Shown: positions 49,560 through 63,352, counted from the first letter of the whole stretch. The stretch: 63,725 bases of DNA, filler included, from Dugesia japonica (GCA_001938525.1; 5 parts of 5 records of this genome joined end to end with filler, not necessarily neighbours in it); one strand, 5' to 3'. Notes: generated from the letters alone by a model not told the origin. A program made the numbers and translations.

Positions 49560-51520
49560 GCAGCATCATCTAATGTCAATATCTTAGTTTTCATTCATCA
49601 ACAGACAAAAAAATAAATTGGGAGTTCTATCTGGACAGACCTACGATGAAATTTTTTCTGAACATTTAAATAAAAATGAATCAATGGCCCCTAAAAGACT
49701 ACCAACTACAGAAGAAATTAATTTCAACAAAGAATTAATTCAAATAGCAGAAAAATATCAAGACCCATAAAATCTTTACTTTTAACAGTTAAATCTCATA
49801 AATCAGTTCCATCCTCGATGTACTGCGTTCCTAAAGATCACAAAACAACAATGAAAGGAAGATCTATTGTAAACACATCTGACACTCCTTCTATTGCATT
49901 ATACAAACTTATGGCAGATAAATTAAATCACTATTAAGTTTTATTCCAGCACATTTTAAGAATTTTTATGAGTTTATCAAACGAATTAAAAATTATGACT
50001 CGATGAGTGATGATAAATTTGGTTCATTAGATGGAACAAATCTAAATGGATCAATTTCAATTTAGGGACCTGAAAATGTTCTTGATATTGTAAGTGACTT
50101 CTTTGAAAGATACAAAGATACAGATATTTCAAAATTCATCCAAAATGATTTAAAATATCTTATTGATTTGTCTCTTCTCTGATAGGATTTTCATCAGNGA
50201 ACAACTTTTTAAACAAAAATGGTTAACAATTTTCTCTCTAATTCTAGCGATAATTTTCATGAACTTCTTAAATCAAACAAGAAAACTCAGTTATGGTTTT
50301 GATACATAGATGATATTTTCTTTATAACTAATTCTCCTTTAGAGAACATTTTAGAATTAGCCTACTAACATTAATGTCACTTTAGAAAAATTAATTAACT
50401 TTCAAATTCATTTTTTTGACACTTTAATCTAAAAGAAACCTGTTGAAATATTAACTACCCAATTATACACGAAACTATTTCACAGTGGACATATATTACC
50501 TTGGACTAGTAATTAGACTAGTAAAAGATTACTAACAGCCAGAAAATTGGTATAATTAAAGGTGGAAGAATTTGATCTGAAAACTATTTCAAATGAAGTA
50601 ATAAATTTGATTTCTCTCAAGTTGATAATAAGTAAAGTCTTAAATAACAGCTACTCAAATAAAATTATACCAAAATATTTATCTTCGAATACAATTTATA
50701 ATAAAATCAAACCAAAAACAAACACAGTTATTAAATTAACTTTTATTAATGAGAAATCTAGCGAAATTATGCAAAATATAATTTAAAAAAATTTAACCTC
50801 AAGCGCAATCCAAGAATTATATTCCAAAAACCCTAGCACCTTTAGGCATTCAATTACAGAAACCACAACAAAACTTTGGTGGTCCCAAGTGCTAGAAATA
50901 GATGTCACTTATAAAATAACATACACCAATACGTAAAGAAACATATATATGTAAAACATGCAGAACCATCCTAACCAGAATAAAAGAACTTCTCAAAGAA
51001 AAAAGAAAGTTAAGTCTTCAAACACTTTCAACAAAAACATAAAATTTCCCCAGAACAACATCATATAACATGGAAAATACTAGGAACAGGCTACATTTTC
51101 ACACTTCATAGAAAAAAACATGAAGAATTACTAATTAAAGAAGATAATCCTAAAATCAATGTAATTTATTATAATTAAACAATTAAAATTAAAAAAATTG
51201 AATTACCCAATTAAAGTTTAGTAAAAATAAATATTGAATGCATTTAATATAAAAGCTTTGATCAAAAGTTTGATTTTCTTATTGATATCGAATTGCTATC
51301 CAATATCAATAAAAAAACCAAAATTTTGATCAAAGCTTTTATATTAAATGAATTCTATAAAACGATCAATGGTTATGTCCANCAATTATTCTCGCAATAA
51401 TTGCAATTGTAAAATATTGAATGAATCAAAAAGTCAATTCCTGACGAAGACAAATTCAAAAATTCGAATTACTATCAAAAACAAATAAATTTGATTGAAG
51501 CTTTTATTTTAATGAATAGA
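49560..51520 (+). mobile_element. Penelope-like retroelement (RT + GIY-YIG) with pLTR-like 3' repeats, decayed
   Basis: RT motifs PSSMYCVPKDHK..GRSIV..DTP, FGSLDGTNL and WF*YIDDIF. GIY-YIG remnant VTYKIT...YICKTCRTILTRIKE. Inverted repeat at 51241-51350. Confidence 0.85.
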
Positions 51521-51973
51521 ATAAATATGTTTGATACTAAAAAAACAAATTTAATGATTTGAATTTTTGTTGAAATAATATTTGTTTTATTACTAACACA
51601 GGGCATCTTAAACTTTTTTCACTCACGACCCNNNNNNNNNNNNNNNNNNNNNNNNNNNNCCTATATAAATATGAAAGATATACAAATATTTTGTCAAATT
51701 CACAGTAACGTGTTAGTGTGCGCACTAATTCAAACCTTTTTTGCGTGAGTGTGTGTGAGTGCGATTCTGTTACAAATACACATCTCGATTTTATAAATTC
51801 GTATATATAATTCGTATATATATTTGACATATTTTATATCAAAATCTTTTTACCCCAAAATTTTGCTAAGCGACCCCATTTGGGGTCACGACCCATAGTT
51901 TAAGAAGCTATAATAAAATATTTTATTTTAAAATTATTTTTGCCTAATTACATTAAAATGATGTAATATATAA

Positions 51974-52262
51974 CAGTGGTCACCAACCTTTGTGACTTCA
52001 CGGATCAATAAAATAATGATTTGTAATCCGGCGGACCTATGAGGTATTTGTTGATAATTAGTAAGTAATTCTTTCTTTGCCTTTAATTTAAACACCCGAA
52101 ATTCTGGAATGTTTCCAGAATTATCCAGTAAAAAGTACAGTCGAGTACTATTTTGAGGTCGAAAATATAGCGTTATTTTTAAAAATTTGACTGGGTTTTA
52201 AAAGGTTGAAATATGCCATTTTTACCGAAAGTTTCTTAAGAACCACAGATTGAAGACCACTG
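51974..52262. mobile_element. hAT-Charlie-like MITE
   Basis: CAGTGGTC...GACCACTG termini, with imperfect 8-bp flanks atatataa / ttctataa. Confidence 0.65.
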
Positions 52263-52639
52263 TTCTATAATACATTTTTTTTGGTAATTTAACGAATATT
52301 TTAAAAGAATTTTATGGAATTATTTTTTCATAATGATTAGTTATATTTTCAATAATATATCAATTTATGTATTTTACAATGAGACCAGTTGGAAAATGTA
52401 TCGTGATGAGATTGAAAACCTAAAACATAATCCAAAGATCAAGAAATTTGAGATAAAGAAGAAGTAAAGCATATACCATTTCACTATTATTCACATGTTG
52501 TATGCATTGAGAAATTTGAACAAACCGATACGGCCAAGGAATAAAGGTGTAAGTCAAAAGAATAAAGCAACATATATTTAAAAAATTTGGGAAATAGAAT
52601 CACAAGAAGCAATCTGAAATTTTATAGTGCCTAATTTTA

Positions 52640-54316
52640 TAGTGACGGAATCCAGATGACAGTTAGCTTTGGATGAGGCTACGAGTCGAGTTCAGAACCC
52701 CTATAACAGGGATGCGGGAATTCTAGTGGACAGAACAAACCTTCCTCCACCAAAAACCATCTTTCAACGAGAGGTTGACACCACCAAGCGCTGGTTTTAC
52801 AAGCGGTGGCCCAACCAGACCTCCGAACCAGCTTCCACCACGGCCTCCTCGCCTGATATGGATAATTACCTGGAGAATTACTAGTGATTTTTAACGTTCA
52901 TGTTTAATGTAATTAAAACTTTTTCATTTGATTTTAGCGTTGTTTCTTAATAGTCTCAGCTAGTCGAGACTTTTCTAATTGAAATATTTTGTTTTGCCCT
53001 TAATTTACCAACTCCACTCATGGATAATTATTTTCGTTCAGAGTTTAGTATTCAATATACCATTTTTATTTGCGTACAAGTGCTGTAATATGTTTATGAT
53101 TGGTAATTCCTTGTTGTGTAAAAACAAATTAAACGTTGTTTAAGATCTAATTCATTATAATCTCTTCAATCTTGACAATTTAATTATGAACGAGTTAACT
53201 TTAGCTGAACACGCTGGTTTTGTTTCAAAATTTAATGGTGTATCTTTTAAATTCACTTAATCATAGTCTCTTTCAGTGACTACTTCACATTCCAGCTCCG
53301 TCTTTCCTCATAAAAAGATGAGAAAGGATAGTGAAGACGTAGACATGACTTGAGACCTCTTTCGTTTGGTTAAATGGAAATGGAAGGCCCGGGGCCACGG
53401 AAAAAGCTAAATCAAGCCGTGATAAACGATGATGTAAAGAATATAGGCTCGAGGCCAAAGCATCGCATGATAAGGAACGCGATTGGAAATGACAACTCGA
53501 GTTTTTCGCCGAAGTTATCCGGTCGTTCCCTGACCCCGGAAATAAATTGGTGACTGATCTCTTAAATATGCGCCAGCAAATTCCGGTGGAACCATGTTGA
53601 TCGACAAGGCAACCCAAACCCGCAATTAAGATGTCTTTAGCTCAATAAATCAATTGGTGTTAAACTGATTTCTTTTATCATATAACAAATTAGAAATTTA
53701 ATCTTTGAACTCTACATTTACCATTTTTTCTATTTAGTGCCAAGAATTTGCCTGCCGAATAGTTTGCAACGTTGCCACAAACTACTCCAAACATTTATCC
53801 TTGAGCGGTATTACGCCAAACGATGTGAACGGACGTTGCTCCGGCACATCTACCAAAAATTGATTTTGGAGAAATTGGAGACTATAAGTAAGAAACAGTT
53901 GGAAATGGCCAGCCGCACCAACAATCAACTAATTAATAAAGTAAATTTACTGAAACAATATATCGCAGACCTGACCGCACGCTTGGAAATTGAGAGTTAG
54001 GCTGCTTGGAACAGTGACGACGATTCGGCGCGTTTGAACTTACGAACGACGAGCCCGACTAGTGGCTAGACTCTGAGGCATTAAATCTTTTGTGAAATAA
54101 AAACTACTTATAACTCAGTTGTCTTGATAAGCATAAGTAAAAGGGGAAATATTGAGCCCGAAACAAAGAAGTGTGTGTAGTTTCTCTAAGTAATGGTTGG
54201 GAATCAACTACTCCGTTCCAAAAGCCTAACTAGGGACGTTAGGTAAAATTCTTCGTGGCGTTCCCATATTGACTCCATCCTGTAATAGAAATTGATTTAA
54301 ACCCACGGAACAACAA
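52640..54316 (+). mobile_element. Probable LTR of a related giant element containing a decayed spliced gene
   Basis: Three GC-richer exon-like blocks after acceptors (ttttatag|, tttcag|, tttag|). The last encodes a coiled coil and is followed by AATAAA at ~54097. The 3' motifs are colinear with the end of LTR B and end in ...aacaACA. Confidence 0.4.
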
Positions 54317-55260
54317 AACAAATGAAAAAAAATTTATACATTTTTTTTTAAATAAAAGATTTTACAAGGCTAAGTTTTATTTCAATTATCGATGCTATGT
54401 CAGAATACCGGTTACTCCGGTTCAGTATGAGTTTTGACTGGCAATGGAAACAGCTCGACGAAACACTGTAGATCGGTTTCGTCGAGGTGCTCCACTAACT
54501 CAGGAAATAAGGAGTCGTGTGCGTTTTCGCTACTTCAAAATGAGCGTAGTGTCTTCATTAAATCACTTGGCATATTCTAAATGATAAGAGATTAACTCTA
54601 GGTTGAATCAACATAATTACTGGCCTATCAGTTTAGCACTAAATTTAATGAGATAAACAAATAGACGGCTCACAATTTTTGAGTGGTAACCGCATTTACT
54701 ACAAAACTTTAGCCCGAAGATGGAACCAACGCCTGATTTAACAAAATGGAGGACAGCGAGAATCCCGTCATTACGATTACCGACCTGTAGGAGTAGTGAT
54801 GCTAATCATAATACTCCCAATAGTGATATCCTTGAATGTGAATTCACAAAGTTAACAATAACACTTAAACTAATCCGAACCATGATAATAACATTAATAT
54901 TGAATAGGGTAGGGCTTATTGATAACTAATAATAAGTATAATAAAAATGATAAACGTCGTCAATATAAGATAAGGTGGTACTAATGAGCCAAACCATTAA
55001 TTTTAATCCGGGAATTGACAGTCCCCTCTGCCATGTACAGTAGAAATTGAGTCGGGGACGATGGTTTGGTCTACTTGAGGAGATGATTCTACTAATTTGT
55101 CTAAATATACGGGCCCAATTTCCAGGATGCCGAAGTGATAGATAATCAGTAATCCTGATGAAATATTTAAGATCCTCCTTTGTTTATTAAGGCAAAATTC
55201 AAAGCTCGACATCAGAACATCATATTTTATAGCTAAACAAAATATATATATATATATATA

Positions 55261-55360
55261 NNNNNNNNNNNNNNNNNNNNNNNNNNNNNNNNNNNNNNNN
55301 NNNNTTAATTAATTAANNNNNNNNNNNNNNNNNNNNNNNNNNNNNNNNNNNNNNNNNNNN
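55261..55360. other. Artificial scaffold-joining linker
   Basis: 44 N + TTAATTAATTAA + 44 N. Confidence 0.97.
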
Positions 55361-55850
55361 GACTCCACACACCAATTCATTCTTCGAAGATCATGCTTTG
55401 CGTATGGTATAATGTAGGTAGTATCTTTCACAACAAATTTCTAGAAAAGGGACAGAAACGTGTGAAAGATAGGCTGCTTCAAAATCAACCGGGTCTTATC
55501 AATAGAAAGAAAGTTAATATGCTAACAGCAAAAATGTGTGAATCTAAATGAAAATTTTCCCACATCAGCCATATTCTTCAGATATTTCTCCAACTGACTT
55601 CCATCTTTTTTTGGCCCTTAACTATCATGAATCAAAAATTCTTTAAAAATCGATGAGATTGAATTGAATGTCTCGAAAATTGATTTTAATAAGGGATTTA
55701 TAAACTGTTACCTTGTAGGAGAAATGTAGTAGAATTTGATGGAGATTATTTTTTATGAATAAACTTTTATTTAGTTTATATTTTTAGCATTTTTATTTGA
55801 CTTTATTATTTTGATTTAAAAACCGAACGAACTTTCTTAGTTACTTAACA
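55361..55850 (+). mobile_element. Mariner transposase remnant plus right TIR
   Basis: KIMLCVWYN and PHQPYSSDISPTDFHLF motifs. The end aaaaaccgaacgaactttc is TIR-like. Confidence 0.8.
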
Positions 55851-58849
55851 GTAACGAACCTGGTTTAAGTTTAGATTTACGTATGCTTTTGCATGATTTA
55901 GTAACATCTTTTATNGATAAAAGATAATTAAATTACTAAATTAATTTGATGTTTTGTTCTGTTTGTGTAAAAAGAAAATATAAAAAAAGATCATTATTTT
56001 ATGAAAATATCTATTACAAGAATATTTTCTAAGAGGTTTAGATAATAAATGTTATGTTAGTTTTAATACTGAAAATTGTGTTTATTATATAAAATATGAT
56101 AATTTCTGTACGAAAAACATTACTCAATTCTTAACACATGTAATCTTAAATGTTGCAAAAATTGAAAAACTTCATGAAATTTCCATGAAAAGTATTTACA
56201 TAATGAATATACTGCCAACATAATGAGGATAAAACAATTTTTAATTTTTTTTAAAAATTATATAAATATTATATATAAAATTTNNNNNNNNNNNNNNNNN
56301 NNNNNNNNNNNNNNNNNNNNNNNNNNNNNNNNNNNNNNNNNNNNNNNNNNNNNNNNNNNNNATCTAAATTCAAACCAAATTCGTTAATTATAATTTGATA
56401 TCAATGATAAATATCAATAACATTATGATTGAAGCAACATTATCATCGCATTGATTTACTTAATTGAATTTAAATCGATATCAATTCAAAATATTTTTCC
56501 ATTTAAGGATTTGTCATTTAATCAATTATAAAGATATGAATAAAATATATGAATAAAGAAAAATTAAGAAATCAGATAATACTTCTATCCTGAAATATGG
56601 TAAACATATAGATTTTTGGCAATTAAAAGACGTTATAAATATTGCTATAGATATTGCAGAAGCAGCTTGAAATTGTGTTTATATATTGCATCTTTCAAAG
56701 TACATCATGTTTTTTTAATAAATGTATACCATATTTATCGACAGAGGTAGTATTTATTTTATTGAAATATTATATGACAATTAATTATTACTTTTATTCT
56801 TAGTAAAGCTGATAATTTAGCAAGAAATTATTGAATTACAATAATTTTGAATAAAAATTTTATAAAATGAGCAAATTAATTTCTCGAAATTTTTTTTTTT
56901 ATTAATACGGTTAACCTTCCTAAAACACTATTTGTTACAACATGATTTCATCGTAAAACGATAAGACTAATTATGGAAAGCAGCATAAAACACATTTAAA
57001 TCTGCAACAATCGAAATATGCCAGAGCTTTATGTTTTAGTACACAGTTAAAGCCTTAACAATGTCTCATGTAACATTGTTCACACTGTTGCGTTTTACTG
57101 GAAATTATCGACCTTACTATAGGAGAGATGCTTGTACACAACGAAAATATGAAATTCCGTGTTTTAAATATTACTTATTATTTCATAAGTAATATTTTAA
57201 ATATTGAATTTGGAATATTATTATTAGAAAAGCGTTCGAATAAATGTATATATAATTTTTTTTATTAATCAAATTTACTAAATTTTTAATGCATCATATG
57301 TAATACATAAATAATGAAAATATTTATATTTCTTTCTATTTTAAAATTTTCATTTTAAAAATTAAAACACAATGAAATTTTTAACAAAAAATTTCCATTC
57401 TAGATAGACTAGTAAAATGAAAGACTATAAACAAAGAGTAAAAAGGAAAGAAAATTTCAAAATGGACTGAATCAGATGTAAAAATTATTAATACCTCGCC
57501 AGGTGTATGTGATCAGACGTCCAATAATAACTAGAAAATTATCACGGAGGAAAATACATTTAATATCAATTTTGTCTAGTAATTTATCAGAAAATATTTA
57601 TTATCATAGAAAATCAACCAAAAAAATTAAGTAAAATAAATCGATAAAAGTATTTTTGATAAAAGTAAATTAATTTACAAGGTATAATGCAAAATTGAAA
57701 ATAAATGAATTGAACCTTAATTAATAACATGAAAATTTTTCTAATAATTAAAACATCTAAGGTATTTCAATTTTGAAAATCTTTTTAAATAAAAAACAAT
57801 ATCATTAGTTTTTAAGACTTAAAATAACAATTGAAAATAATTTGATTTAAATTAGAATAATTTTAAAATTCAAAAAAATTGTAAGATTAAAAACTATTTT
57901 AAAATATATAAGATAATCTTATCAAATGTATNNNNNNNNNNNNNNNNNNNNNNNNNNNNNNNNNNNNNNNNNNNTTCGTAGCTTCAAAACTGATGTTGCT
58001 CAAAATTTCCATCACACTTACTTTTTTATTAATCGTGATCAATAAATTTTCATGAGAAATATAAAGACAAAATTTACACGCAAACGTTTCACGCAACGTC
58101 TGATAGGGCAAAATAGTATACAAGAAGAAAAATGCCAACTTAGGCTTGCAACCATAAAGCTTTGTAAAACATTGTTCTAAACACAAAAATTTCAATTAAT
58201 TAATTTTTATGAATTCATTCTTTACTAATTCTAGTGACAGATCCAGGTATTTTTAAAGGGCAATATTAAAAAAAGTTAAACAATGTTATTATTTTAGTAG
58301 AAAATTTAAATAATACATCGTAAATGTTTATGTACAAGAAATACACTTACATTCTAAAGAAATATTATACTTATACATGCAACAGTTACATTACATTATA
58401 ACATTCAACAAGAATATTATACCTATAATATATGTATATAACAGGAGTGGCCAGCTATAGTGATGTTAGGAGCCATATTTTACTAATTAATTTTTTAAGG
58501 AGCCATTAATTTATCATTAAATTTAGCTAAATATTTTAAATATGATCATATTATGGTTGTCGTTGTATAGACCGTCAAATACATACTCTCAAGTGCCAAA
58601 TGCTCATCAGGAATTCAGTGCTTTAATACAATAAAAAAATAATGAGCTTTTGAATGATGTATTTTGGTTTTGTTTAGTAATATGGCTTTCAATAAGTAAT
58701 GTTCTAACAAAATTTATTAATTTGACTAGATTTGAGATAGAAAACGAAATACAGACTTCAATTTCCAATATTGGAAAATCAATTTATTTCATAATCATAT
58801 TTAACATCTATTATATCTATATGAATATTTATTAACGCTACACATAATA

Positions 58850-60300
58850 ATCTATCTTGGCGTATTTTATTTCTAAAGTAAATCTTTAATCTTTATAAGC
58901 ATGATAAACGTCTTTCCGTTTGAAGTCGTACTAACAGGTACGGAAAAAGTAATGGATATCAATGAAAATATTACCGGATAAAAATCCTCGTCATGATAAT
59001 AAAAAGGTTCTTCCAAAGTTGAAAATAATTAAGTTTCAGGTTGAGTGAATTGCTTCAAAAATAAAATTTCCTCATTTTGCTAATAACCTATATATTCACT
59101 TAAATAGCCTTTCCATATCGTTTCGTAGCTTTTGGCAAAAGAAACAATATTCGAAAATGGATAGCTTGCTATGGAGGAATGCCCGTTACTGCGGATCTGA
59201 CCTTGAATATATCTATGAATGCAATATACACGCAGTCAGAATGATAATTTCAGTCAAAACAATATAATTTGACAATCTCACACAAACTCTTGGTAACTGT
59301 TTGAAACACTTTCCTTTGCCCTCTGAACAATTATTCAAATATCTACAAAATTTTCAACAATTTTTTTGATCGCCATAAAATGGCTGGATTAGCACTTTGA
59401 AGCATTCGAAAAAGTTGAATGTGTTGAATCTTGTCACAATAGATTGGAGTGACATTTTAATATTTTTAACAGTTTCTATCTTGTGGGGCTCTTTGTTAGA
59501 GCAGCTTTTAATATGACAATCAATGAATTAAAACCGCTTCAATATGACTTGATTCACAATTGTGTAGTAAATGTGAAATACAAATTCCATATATAAGCTT
59601 TGAGTAGAGCGTTTTCAAAGCCTTGCTAGCAGCTAGCATATAAAGTGCTGCATCAGATATTAAAAGGTAATAAATTTTGTTTACGAATTCTACATCTTTT
59701 TGGATGTTTTCATCAATTATTTGACACATCAAGGAAGCATTTTGTGAAGAATTCATTGTCTGACAATTTACTAAATACTAAATCTGGAGATTCGTAATAA
59801 ATACAATTAATGTGTTCACAAAGTTTAATCCAACAATATCCGTTTAGTCAGTAATCAGAAAACATTTTGCTCCATCAAAGTGTACAATACATCTATCAAT
59901 TACATCATTTGTAATTATCTGAATATGGGCTCTTGTATTGGTTTGGAAATGCAAAGGTTTCTTTAATTCCTAATATAAATCATTTATTCTTAGCATTCAA
60001 TTTATGCAGAGGAATGTCTGTCCCAGAAATGCTTTTTTGATCTTGAAAGTCTATAAATGTTCACAAAACAGGATACGATTCATCAATTTTTGGTTTTCGT
60101 ACAATGTTTTCGGAAATTGGATGTTTTTAAACTTCTGTGAGATTCAATAAATTTATTTATTACAATAAACGCTGGTCAGATAAAACTTGCAAAATCATTT
60201 GTTGTTTGAGTTGACTGTGAATTCATTTGGATAAGTGCACTTACGGTGTATCTATTGATTTACGAAGATGTTTTACATATTATTAACAAGTTTTCAGTGA
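58850..60300 (-). mobile_element. hAT-superfamily (CGGBP1/DUF659-like) transposase remnant
   Basis: LLISDAALYMLAASKALKTLYSKLIYGICISHLLHNC (SDAAPYM and CxxH-like motifs), with a dimerization-like PVSTTS near 58930. Confidence 0.7.
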
Positions 60301-60815
60301 TTTAAGATGTGATTGACTTTATTAACCGAAATTTCCCTAGTTATTAATAATTAAGTAATTACTATATCATTAGGTATGAAATTTTGGATTTCCTGAAGTT
60401 CAAAATTTGACAGTCGATACTTTTTTTATTTGACATTGACAATTATTTGGTTTTGATTAACTTTATAGATACGTCATTACTCTTTTAAACACACGTTTTA
60501 ATTTCCGATTATATGATGATTTGTCTTTTTTAGATCACATTTTCAGAAACAATGAATGTCAAAAATTCGTATTATTTTCGAATATGAGTTCCGTCATGGA
60601 ACCAATACAAGGCAAACAGTTCGAAATTTAAATGATGTGTGTTAGGATGTTTTAATATCCAACTTAAAAATTTTATGAAAAGTTAAATATTAATTAAAGA
60701 AATTTCAAATAAAAAAAAGAAAATAATTAAAACAATTAATTGTTTTAATATTGCTATTTTGTTAAAATAATTTTTTCACTAGACTTACTTGCAACTTATT
60801 AATAAATATTTATAG

Positions 60816-61600
60816 ATGGAAACTGCAGAAAGTATAGTAGCGGCTAACGCAAGTACGACAAAGGACCTATTCGTACAAGCTTTGAGGCCAAAAACATATC
60901 GAAAAGGAGATCTTGTTAAGAAGTTTATAGTCGAATGCCGAAAGTATTTCGATGCAGCAAATATAACCAAGAGTACCAGAGAACTGGTAATTGTGGACCT
61001 ACTTGATGATAAATTGAGTAGATTCGAAAAAACCGATGATGGGTATGGTTACGAAGATAGACTATGAAGTTTATTCGTCAAGGAAAAGTTATTTGTAAAG
61101 GATATTGAAAGCGTATTGTCATACAGACGACAAGAAGAGGATTTTGCCAGCTTTGTGGAAGAAATAGACAAGATGGTTGAGTTACTGATGGCACACAACG
61201 ATAAGGAAGAAATGAGTTACAGAGGAGCCCTGATGAAGAATAACGAACAATACCATACGTTCAAACGACGAGAGGATTACCAGACAAACAGAAATCCAAA
61301 GCCGATGGAAAACAAACAAAAAGAGATATTATGTTACTGTTGCAATAAGCCGGGGCATATAAGAAAAGACTGCCCATCGACACCCATAAGAAAATGTTTA
61401 GGATGCGGATTGACCGAACACATAAGGCGTTTTTGCACGAAGATTAATTGCCAAAATTGTACACTTAAAGGACATTGAGCAAATGAATGTAGAACGTCTG
61501 ATGGAAGGATTCGGCAGATAAGAAGGCAGACCGAATATGATAGACAAAAATGGGGTCAAATTAAAATAGGATATTCGACGCAAATCGAGGTGTTGGTGGA
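60816..61600 (+). mobile_element. Ty3/Gypsy gag remnant with three CCHC knuckles
   Basis: CYCCNKPGHIRKDC, CLGCGLTEHIRRFC and CQNCTLKGH*ANEC. Homologous to 1463-1708. Confidence 0.85.
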
Positions 61601-61916
61601 CATGATAAATTTTTCGAATTGAAAACGAATTTTCAACTCAAAATTTGGCATAAATTTTAGAAATTTTTCATGTCTAATTAGCATTAATGGAATTATTTAT
61701 ATTGGGATTGCAGCAAAATGAATAAATTAGCAAATGAGTTAATGTTCAGCTGTCATTTCACAATTTTTACGATCCTATCAGAAACATTAAAAAACCAGTT
61801 CTAATGTCTCCAGAGACAAAGAGTAATTAATCAATAGATTTTATGAAGTTCAGTTAAAAATGTTAACAAAAATTATTAAATATTATAATCAAATGATAGC
61901 ATTTCGTAGAAAATAC

Positions 61917-62109
61917 CTGTAAGCAAAATTTTCTGCTTGTTTCCTAGATCCTATTAACTGAACGATGGCATAAAAAACTTGTTCATCGAGCATTCGCTCT
62001 TGTTTTTCTAATACTAAAATAAAATTTTGACCGAAACAGCTTTGCATCATCACCCAATCAACTGCTCCAGGGAGGTTAATATCTGTNGCTAAAAACACTA
62101 TGTCTTCAC
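61917..62109 (-). CDS. SIAH1: Internal exon of a Siah/seven-in-absentia E3 ubiquitin ligase (substrate-binding domain)
   Basis: [38 protein letters not shown]...[20 protein letters not shown], bounded by ttttcag| and |gtattt. Other exons were not found in the window. Confidence 0.88.
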
Positions 62110-62367
62110 CTGAAAAAAATTTACTAGTTTCAGTAATTTTTTTTATTATTAAATAAGTAAAAAATGTATGCATAAAATCAGTGCTTCCCAAACTTATTAC
62201 AAAATCGTTAAATAATATTTTACACATTAAGGAGTGCTCACCGTATCACAACATCTAAATCGTAACTGAACATTCAAAATTATTTTTACAATTTCAATTA
62301 TTGCAAGAATAATTGTTGGACTTAACAATTGATAGAACTTTTAATTTCTTTAAATTAAAAAATCACA

Positions 62368-63352
62368 GGGCAATTCGTCACAGGACAATTCGGTGTGGAC
62401 AATAATTTTTCTGGGAGCAACGGCAAAAATAAAATTTTTTATTTTTCGTATTTCAAATTTTTTATGTTTTGCTAATCATAATAATTACTGAAAAAATTTA
62501 AATAACTAATGTATTTTTGTAATAATATTGTAGGAATATCACTGGGGGGGATATACATAGACTAATTAATGTTTATCAATGTTATTAGCAAAGCATATTA
62601 AATACGATGTCTGGTTAGATAGAAATATGTATTTCATGGGTGGCCAACACGAGGCCCGCGGGCCGCCTTGAACATTTTTACGGCACGCAAGGTAAATTAA
62701 ATTGGAATTAGCAGAAAAATCATAAAACGTTTAGGTAAAAATTTATTGAATTTATTTTTGAAACTTTTAACAGTTAAAATAAATTACTAGTGTTACATAT
62801 TTCTTTACAATGTGAGTTTAATATCATTATTATTATATTATCTATGTTTACATATAAGAATAATAGTAAAGACTCATTACATTACAATTTTTCACTCCTA
62901 AAAAAATGTCTATAGTGGTTCTAAATCTAATATGTGGTTATAATTTTATATGCGGCCCGCGGAGTTATGATGTATTTCTAAAGTGGCCCTTAAGATCATT
63001 TTGGTAGGCCATCCATGATGTAATTGCTAATAAAAACTAAAAAAATATGGTAAAAACAAATTTTGTATTGTTTCATTGTAATCGATTAAATTAATGTTGT
63101 GACTGTATCCCCACAAATAATCCGTTAATTTTTGTATAGTTGGTTTTATTATGTAAATTTCCATTAACATTATAACTGCACAAAATTGATCATTAAACTT
63201 TATACTAACATTAACTTTGATTTTGATTTGTTCTGACAGATTAATTTTAAAATTTTTAACCGCCATAAGTAAATTTTAAGTACATAATTATGTCAGTACG
63301 AAATAATTTATTGATAAAATGGGCTACGAATTGTCCTGCGACGAATTTTCCC
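62368..63352. mobile_element. MITE-like element with ~25-bp inverted termini, hosting a nested hAT MITE
   Basis: gggcaattcgtcacaggacaattcg pairs with cgaattgtcctgcgacgaattttccc as an inverted repeat. Confidence 0.6.
62635..63017. mobile_element. hAT-Charlie-like MITE with 8-bp TSD
   Basis: CATGGGTGGCCAAC...GTAGGCCATCCATG termini, ggcccgcg subterminal motifs, and TSD atgtattt / atgtaatt. Confidence 0.85.

Noticed and set aside
54415-54490. Hammerhead ribozyme near cagtatgag...gacgaaac
   Set aside because: There is no CUGANGA core in the right position; the GAAAC is simply part of a perfect hairpin arm.
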